A DNA stretch of 62,155 nt, filler included, from Dugesia japonica (taxonomy: Eukaryota), in NCBI GenBank assembly GCA_001938525.1. It is 6 parts of 6 records of this genome, joined end to end, with 100 filler letters (N's around TTAATTAATTAA, not from the genome) between each part and the next. Parts side by side here need not be neighbours in the genome. Positions count along the whole stretch, not along the records: positions 52,033 to 62,155 come from MQRL01594905.1; 5 more parts are not named here. The stretch is one strand, 5' to 3'. A program made the position numbers and the translations under genes. The notes beneath the pieces were generated by a model that made no database searches, had not been told where the DNA came from, and saw only the letters and a program-made list of their open reading frames with translations. Shown piece by piece: positions 53,700 through 62,155 of the stretch (positions within the stretch are counted from its first letter, which is position 1; each line of letters opens with the position of its first letter).

Positions 53700-54190
53700 C
53701 TGATTTATTATGTGAGATTGTTTTAAGTAAATTATGGACTTTTGCTATATATAATATGATTTTTGATTAAATAATGAATAGTACAAACTAATTTATGAAG
53801 TTGCTATAGGTTCGCCTCTTGCCCCTACTTAAGCTTCTTTTTTCATTCGAGAATTTAGTAAAATATTTATTTGTGTAGTGGCATTATACCATAGCGTATA
53901 AACGCTATGAGAATGACGTTGACCCTTTTCTAAATTATATAAATTCTTTGCATAGCATCATTAAAATTACTAATACATTAGAATGTCAATTTAAACTTTC
54001 TTTCCTTAACGTAATATAAAAAAAATATAAACAGAATTATATGACAAACTAACAGATGTAGAGTTGTATACAATTCTTGGTAGATTTTGTGAATCTCGCT
54101 ACATAATTAAAAGACTGTTGCATAGATCGTGAACANTTTAATTTTCATTTTGAAGTCTATCGCAAGTATTCCAAGTTTAACTTCCGTAAT
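53700..54190 (+). mobile_element. Heavily decayed Penelope-like RT fragment
   Basis: VAIGSPLAPT (cf. GVAMGSPLAP), followed by KLSFLNV-type thumb motifs. Confidence 0.6.
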
Positions 54191-54607
54191 AAATAAAAAT
54201 TGGTATTGTATTAATTTTTTAGTCCTTAATCTGATTTGTGGAAGAAATTACATAATTGATTACATAATCAGATATTATTATAAATGAAAATTTTTTGTGA
54301 AAATATTTAATAAAAAATATTTTTTAAAATGTGTTTANNNNNNNNNNNNNNNNNNNNNNNNNNNNNNNNNNNNNNNNNNNNNNNNNNNNNNNNNNNNNNN
54401 NNNNNNNNNNNNNNNNNNNNNNNNNNNNNNNNNNNNNNNNNNNNNNNNNNNNNNNNNNNNNNNNNNNNNNNNNNNNNNNNNNNNNNNNNNNNNNNNNNNN
54501 NNNNNNNNNNNNNNNNNNNNNNNNNNNNNNNNNNNNNNNNNNAATAATAATAATAATAATAATGGCAACAACAATATTAATAATGATAATAAATACAATA
54601 TTTTCAG

Positions 54608-54788
54608 AATATAAGTATTGATCAGATATCAATATCTGGATCAGACATGCACAGTATTTATTCTGAAAACCATGAAGGTATCGATAAAGATCCAGAATTG
54701 ATGATTGGTTTAGCACATAATTCTAATACCGGAAGACTTACTGTTGAAATAATTAGAGGTAGCAGTTTGTCTAAAGACAAAAACAAAG
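54608..54788 (+). CDS. SYT14/16: Synaptotagmin-14/16-like exon (linker and start of C2B)
   Basis: ttttcag|NISIDQISISGSDMHS...PELMIGLAHNSNTGRLTVEIIRGS...|gttagt; cf. PELLVGLSYNATTGRLSVEMIKGS. Confidence 0.9.
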
Positions 54789-54836
54789 GTTAGTGTTGTT
54801 CTTTTTAAAAGATTAAAAAATGTGGAATTCATTAAG

Positions 54837-55049
54837 ACTTTTATGTTAAACTCTCTATGTTTTCCTCTTCTGGTCAGGAGTTATCGCATACTAAGACCTC
54901 AGTAAGGAAGAATACTACTTGTCCAATTTTCAAAGAATCATTTATGTTTCAAGTGGCACTATTCCAAATGAAAGAAGTAACTCTTATGGTGTCAGTATTT
55001 GCAAAGAAATCAGTCCATAGAAAAGATATTGTTGGTTGGCTATCATTGG
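54837..55049 (+). CDS. SYT14/16: Synaptotagmin-14/16-like exon (C2B core) after a 48-nt intron
   Basis: (D)FYVKLSMFSSSGQELSHTKTSVRK...PIFKESFMFQVALFQMKEVTLMVSVF...IVGWLSLG|gtaag. FQVALFQ is characteristic of Syt14/16. Confidence 0.92.
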
Positions 55050-55494
55050 GTAAGAAAATAATTGATTTCAACAATTAATCTAAAACATTTTATAAGGAAG
55101 ATTATAATTAATTTCAATTTTTATTTAGAATTTAACTTAAAGTAATTAAAATTGTTATCCAAATTTATTAAAATAAATGTAATTAGTACAACTATTCGTT
55201 TATAGTTTTTATTTTTAATCAAAAGATCATATTTATTATACATTTTTTTTTAATATTTTGAATTTTAAATTTACAGTATGATTCATTATTATGCACACCT
55301 TTATTCATTNNNNNNNNNNNNNNNNNNNNNNNNNNNNNNNNNNNNNNNNNNNNNNNNNNNNNNCACATAATTTTCGGGTAAATAAAAATTGATTTATAAA
55401 TTTTTTTATTTTGCAGATTTCTTTGACAGTGAAATCCTCAGAAATAAAATTAATAAAACTAAATTTTAGATAAGCATTTGATCAATAAGTAATC

Positions 55495-56505
55495 TATTAG
55501 GTTGATCAGAAAGTTCGTTCGGTTTCTCGGAAGATAAATCTAATAAAACACACAAATAAACTTATTCCACAATTTATGCACCATTAGGTTTGATAATCTG
55601 TTTCTATCAATTGGCCAGTTTCATGATTCAATCAGTGAAGAATTTTCTTGGTTTTTTATAGTTATCCAGGTGAATTTTGATATTCTGTAGGAAACTGAAA
55701 ATTGTAATCTAAAGGGACAATATCAGAATAATGGGATGATTTCAAACATCCCATTTTAATTCTTAAAGTTTTTTGCCGTATATATAATGCCAAAAGAGGA
55801 CGGGATTTATCGAGATAATATACCACACCTTTTCGATTAGCTATTTCCGAATTTATTTTAGTCACTTCTGGTTTCAAATCATCTAGTTGATGACAATACT
55901 CGGAAGTCTTAAAGGTTTTATTGTTTTGTTAAAAGATAATAATAGACTATACCTTCCCAGTCCCACCAAACCAAAATTAAAATGGTTTTAGGATGCAACC
56001 CTACTTTAGATTGGTGAATGAAAAAATCTATAGACTTTATCCATAATCTTTTATGTTTATTCTTTTTATAAACGATACATTTCCATCACTTTTCATGAGC
56101 TTTTTTAATAAAAAGATCTTCCTCGCTTCTTTTCAAGTGAAAGTTACAAGCAGAAATGCACTTATTAATATTTGCGTTAGTCAATTTATAAGATACCGAA
56201 GTATATTATCCTAGTTATGCCAAAAGAGCTATGACAAATGCCTTACTTTTTGCATCTCATAAAACTCTCGCGTTGTTCTGCATTGTCTCCTTTTAATTCA
56301 GCTCATTATAAGTTCATCATAAGATACAACATTATAAACTACTTGATTTCTGAATAATAGAGCGGTAATAATATGATAAAATTTATCTGCAAGTTAAGAA
56401 CTTGCATAATAATAGACCAATATTTTGATTTGNAGTGCAGTAGAAACATTTTGGTATACAAGAGGCGCAGAAAACCGAAAAAGTACGAGAATCATTGACC
56501 TAATA
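55495..56505 (-). mobile_element. Decayed mariner with both TIRs
   Basis: TATTAGGTTGATCAG... / ...TTGACCTAATA; NRKGVVYYLDKSRP and YSDIVPLDY. Confidence 0.8.
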
Positions 56506-56899
56506 TATTGCTTTAGACTGTTTACAATGACATCTGTTTTTATAATTTATAAACATAGTCTTTTAAAATCCTTTTCAGCTTAACATGAATTTTAAAAACA
56601 ACTAAAATTCTGTTACAGCAAATAAGAAAAATTGTAACAAAAGAGGATTTAATATCAACTTTTAAAATGTAATAAATTTATGCATCTATTTTGTAATTTT
56701 ACGTTAAGTGCACAATAAAAAATATTAAAATCATATTATTTTGGGAATAAATATCAGTTTTCATTGACATATCTAGCATATTTCTATTATAATTGATAAC
56801 TCGTAATTTAATTGCTATATTAATCTGGTATTAAGTCATTAAGTATGAAATGTCGTATTTTTAATCAAACGTTTGTGTTATTCTCTATCAAGCAAAAGG

Positions 56900-57800
56900 A
56901 AATACATTTTTTTGAAATATGCCCTTCAACTATCAATACAGTTCTGTCATCTTTATGGTAAATGGTTTATTCTAGCAGAGAAAACGTGTGGTGATAGAGT
57001 GACAATAAAATCACGAAAGACATTTTTTGTAGCCTCTTCAAATTTGAAAAATTTCCCCACCAATAAGTTGTCTAATGCCTAAAAGAAATAATAGTCTGTT
57101 GAAACAAGGTGATAAAGAGTTTTCAATTTCAACGCCTGAAATTTGAGCAACGTTGATCGAGAATTATCTTGCAAGAGAATTTTCCTATCTCTATTGACAA
57201 ATCTCGACAACTTAATCGCTAACAACCTCACCATGTCGTCTATTTGGTTGCAGAAGACATCCGCTAAAATGGACTAACCAGGTTTTAAACAGCTGTAATG
57301 AATAATACCAGCGCTTGATCTCAAACAGATATCATTACCTTCTTTTGGTGATTTATTTTTCAACCAATCATTGAGTTGAACGCTTAACATCATCAAAACA
57401 AATCCATGATTCATCAATGTGTCATTTTACGTAGAAAAAATGGTTTGTCTTTATGTCGTGACAGTAAAAAAGGAAAGCTTCTAGACTAATTCTTTTCTGC
57501 TAATCGCTAAATTCATTCGGAACTAATTGATCTAATTTTTTGACTTCCAATTTGTTTTAAATGTTCGATTATTGTTAGAATGGAAACGTTGAACTTTAAA
57601 CTTAATTCGAGAGTATTTTGAGAAGATTTTCTTTCAGTAAAGTTTTCACATCATCATTATTAACCTTCGTCTGAGATTGCCTACATGGCTTACTTGCGAG
57701 ACTAAAATCTCTAGAACAAACGTTTTAAAACCATTGCTGTACTTTTCGCTTATTGACGACATTTTTACAACACTTCTCTTATATTTCGAACTGTATGTCT
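56900..57800 (-). mobile_element. Mariner relic(s)
   Basis: KVQQWF...DFSL...EHLKQIG...LVPNE, HIDESW. Confidence 0.65.
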
Positions 57801-58209
57801 ACCATTGGTACTACGATGGAACTCATTTTCAAAATTAATATCAAATATGGACCTATCCAATATTTTTGAAAATTTGATCAAAAAAGACGATTCATCAAGT
57901 AATCAAAAATTAAAACGTGTCGTTAAAATAGAAATGACATATATATACAGTCAAACAAAAACAAATAATTATCAAGGTCAAATATTAAAAATATCTCCTG
58001 TCAAACTTTGGACTTCAGGAAATCAGACATTTCATAGTTAATTACCTAAAGTATTGAAAAATATATAAATAANCTTAAGTGAAAATTATTTTTATTATTT
58101 AACAAAGGAAAAGTCATTAACTTCAATTTTTCTTGCTTATAATAATGCTATTATCACAATATAAACACATACGCTATTAGAATAATAGTTTAAATATATG
58201 TATATAAAA

Positions 58210-59050
58210 CAAAACAGTGCCAGAAAAAATATCCCACAAAACGATACAACTAAAAAAATCGGATTAAATGGCGCAACGGCAAAAAGAACAACATTTAAAA
58301 AGATAATAATATTTAAAATAATATAATATTTAATCCAAATATTCTTGAAAAATAATTTTTTAAATATTCATTTTAAATAATATTTATTTTTGTAGCACTG
58401 AATCTATTTTCTTAGTTTTTTAAAATACACGTACTAATTGATTCTTCAGCGATTTCTTTAATTGACATATTACTTCCAAATAATTGTTTCTGAGGTTCCA
58501 GCTGCATTTGAAGATTTATTTAATAGTTGTTATCGTCTATTGACTTTACTAACCGAGTACTGGGAAGATATTTATATTGGATTACTAAGAAGAAATGAAC
58601 TCGGAGATTTAATGTCTTCTAGAAGTGTATGGAATATAAAATACCGAGTAGTGAAAAATCTTCCTCGAACCAATAATCTAGTGGCAGTTCAGCANCATAG
58701 TTTTAAATGAACTATAGATTGCAATAACCTACCAGTGTATAAACTAATCGAAAGTTTAGTCGAAGGAAATATCATGATGAATTGAAAATTCAACGATTCA
58801 ATTTAGGCTTTAGACCTAATTATTATTATCTCAATACAAGAACGTCCAATTAAATCGACGTCTTAAATTATAAGTACGAATTTATGGAACCATTTCGACC
58901 TTGAACTATTTGGTTTATTATTTGAATTATAAAATTATTTTCGTGTTTGCAGTTTAAATTTCTTAATTTGTGTTGAGCCATTTATGCTTGAGCTCATTTG
59001 TAGTAGCGCCATTATATCTTTCGNCGTTTTTTATTGAGCCATATAATTGA
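58210..59050 (+). mobile_element. MULE deletion derivative
   Basis: YWEDIYIG...VWN...LPRTNN.V...H..FK C-terminal MULE motif, with degenerate inverted ends. Confidence 0.7.
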
Positions 59051-61069
59051 GAAGATAATATTTCTTTAAGATATAAATGTCAATGAAGATAATTCAATTT
59101 ATATTTATTTAATAATGACTTTAGATATATTCATGGACATTGGCAAGAACTATTTTAAAGTGGTGCAAGCCTTACTTTCTGAAATATAGAATTTATTTTA
59201 AACTTAACATAAATGAAAAACATTTTAACCTTTTTCAATCAAGTTAAATTGATTTAAACGGCAAAAACCTAATTCAGATAAAAGTTTTTATGAATATTTT
59301 AAAACTTTATTCTATCACAATTAAATTTTTATATTATCAAAGAAATTAACTTATATTTTAAAGGTATGCAATTTCAATGTTTACACAACCCTGTGGACGT
59401 CCATGGATGTATCCAAAACAATTTCTAATTTAAAATTTCTATCTATTTATGTAGATCACGACGGTTTCAGATATTATTTATAGATGAAATCAAATTTCAT
59501 TTTTGTTACAATAAATTCAGCAAACATTTACAAATTTTAAACTTGATTAACTAAATAAAGCAAATTTTCATAAATCTGTTGCTATTGATGAACCTGAAAA
59601 CGTCTTTGTAATTCAAGATATATTTTCTGAAGATACACAGAAAAGCAGTGCCGATTTACCTACATGCTTAAGCCTAGGAACTCGCGATCTAGGGGATCTC
59701 AATTCGAGGTGTAATAAATTAATAATGAAATTTTACGCTAAAACATGTCTATATTGAAAATTGAAACATTTGAACTGACTTTAACTAACTAAATGCGCTG
59801 TTAATTTTGCACACTTTATTATATCTTTCTTCTAAAAAGTAGGCATGCAGAATCGATGCCAACAAGAGCTGTTTATTTACGTATAACCAGGCAATGCATA
59901 AATTTATTATAAATCACAGTAATAATTATAATATAAATAATACCTAATTATGTTTTACGCGATAGATACGTTCCGCGGAAACTCGCATAATAATTTATTA
60001 ATATCAGCATTCAATATAAATAAGAGAAATTAGTAAAGGAAATCTCCTGTATAAGAGTGTTGTAGATTTTTCGTATCACACAGTTTAGTGTTTATTTCTA
60101 GAAACATAATAAAACAAATACCTACATATTTTTTGTCGCGAAAATCTTTTCAAACTAACAAATATGAAACACGTAAAAACATAGTGCAATATTTCTTTGG
60201 AATCATGTAAAGACAGAATTAGGTGTATACTAATCACAATATATTGCGTTAAACGTATTTACATATTATAATATTGATATGTTTTATTATAGTTTGTCAT
60301 GTGTTTTACAAAAATGAAAATGGGATATGAAGGGACAAGGACTATAGAGAGCCGGCACTGTGAAGTGGTCTCTTAAGAAAGTTAGCCTAGGGCCTCCGAT
60401 TATCTAAATTCGACACTGCAGACACCATATAAAAATTTTTTCTTTAGTAAAGTTTTATTTTAACTAAATGAAAAAGAAAATAATTTTTAAATATAAGCCA
60501 TAAACTTTTGAAACCAATTACCAGCCGTTCATTTCTTTATTGAATCTTTTTCAAATGCAAAAAAAAATCTTTCGACAGTCCTCTGTTTTATTAGACCCAA
60601 TGTTAAACTCATATAATAAGCAAATAAACTAATAATAAACTAACTTGAGAAAAACAATGAAAACCGCAAATAAAAATATTTGAACCAAATGTCTTATTAA
60701 ATTCAATTATATTCCAAATAATATTCCATTATATTCGAAAATAAATTTAGATTAATTGATTTTTTGAATATAGGAAAATATTTTTATTACAAAATTATAT
60801 GAAACCTAAAGTGATTTTAGGTTTTGTTTTTAAAATATTTAATTGTCTCTATATCAATTTTTGGACAAATTTGGAATATAAACCACATTATTATTAGTAT
60901 TAGTTGTCCAATTAAGTATTTGCCGATTTTCAAAATATACATTTCGCTAATTATAATTTATTATTTTTTCCATAAGAAAACAATTTGTTTGAATATATTG
61001 TTTAAAATCAATCATGTACTTTTATAAATAAAATATTAGAATATAATATTTGAAATTATTTATTATTTA

Positions 61070-61570
61070 AAATGGCAAATAGAAATCAATCATTCATCAC
61101 TGCTTATTATATGAGTTTAAAATATGGTTTAATACCACCGAGGTCTGTCGAAAGATTTTTTTGCATTTGAAAAAGATTCGAGTCTGACATATTAGGAGCT
61201 TGGTTTGGTTTTTTCAACGTAGAAACAATATGATTGCATATTCATTACATTGGAAAGAGGCGGAAATTAAGTAAATATAGATTCCAATGACTGACAATAT
61301 ACACATGTCATTTTATTCGGCTAAAAATATAGCNATTTCCTATAGAATTTTTTCTTGCGACGAAAAGTGGATATTGAATTCAAATCATAAGAAAATATAT
61401 CATTGTTTATCTCATATGGATCCCTTGCCACGAGTTCTGAACTATTCTGGAAAATGTTTTTACGTGTGTTTGGTGAACCTTTGAAGAAATCATTCATTGC
61501 GAGTTTCTAAAAATGCAAGAACAGAAAACCACCGACATCTATTGTGCTGTTAGAAAAAGAAGGTCCTATT
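61070..61570 (+). mobile_element. Mariner relic; inverted copy of its 5' part at about 60480-60720
   Basis: RIFSCDEKWIL. 61140-61181 is the reverse complement of about 60540-60585. Confidence 0.7.
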
Positions 61571-62155
61571 TATTCAAGACAGCGACGGATCCATGAATGT
61601 TAAATGGGGGGCGATATACAAATAATTACGTCGTTTATTATGTAATCTACCGGGAAGATAAATTTTTAGTTTAAATAAAGTGAAATTAATGATTTTTTGT
61701 TTACATTTAATAAAATTAATTTTTAATAAATTTTCACGGAAATCCAGTAGAAAAGTCTANTATGTTTAAATATTAAATTTTTTAAAAAATAAAATTAAAT
61801 ATTTTCAAAATGAAGAAATTTTATTAAGACTTAGGGCAAAAATGTTATTTTTCATTTTGCTTAGGATTAAAAAGTTCAAAAATTTAATTTTCTACGGCTT
61901 AATTTTTTGATTTTGTCTTCTTCAGGAGTTGAGATTGAATAAATCAATCATAACTCTCGAAGAAGATAAACTCGAACATTTGGGGAAGTAAGTTAAATTT
62001 TTGAAAATTTTAGCCTCAATAAAAGATTTTAAAAAACACTTTTTAATATAAGTCTTAGTTTATTTTCTTAATTTTGAAAAAATTTAATTTTATTCAGAGA
62101 TAAATGGTTAAAAATTTTAAAAAAGAGAATAATTACCAAAAAGGTAACTTTCAAA

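Noticed and set aside
9559-54716. Poly-I/L/Y/N and X-rich ORFs in the track
   Set aside because: They are translations of (ATT)n microsatellites and N gaps.
38710-55049. GPCR nested in an intron of the GRAMD1, Slo or Syt gene, or a neural gene cluster
   Set aside because: Each gene lies on a different contig separated by artificial spacers.

Overview
AT-rich, repeat-dense eukaryotic DNA. It is probably from a triclad flatworm (planarian); this is inferred from composition, (ATT)n microsatellites, 42-48 nt introns, hammerhead repeats and the GPCR type, and is not verified. The window is not one locus. Five identical 100-bp artificial spacers (N44-TTAATTAATTAA-N44) join six pieces of about 9.5-13 kb, so adjacency across them cannot be trusted. 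Host genes found: three exons of a GRAMD1/Aster (VASt) gene, an intact intronless rhodopsin-type GPCR, one Slo/BK channel RCK1 exon and two synaptotagmin-14/16 C2B exons. Most of the rest is decayed Ty3/gypsy, Penelope-like, Tc1/mariner, hAT and MULE elements, plus an 18S rRNA pseudo-fragment. Three signals stand out. (1) A compact, virus-like two-gene cassette at about 29980-32600 encodes an acidic NLS protein and an intronless RNF10/Mag2-like RING E3 ligase. (2) Its upstream non-coding block matches the interior of a 2.1-kb inverted-repeat-bounded element filled with five different tandem arrays (32982-35106), which suggests an unclassified cargo-carrying DNA element family. (3) A dispersed family of short repeats carries minimal type I hammerhead ribozymes. 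All protein family calls come from manual translation and recalled motifs; no searches were run.
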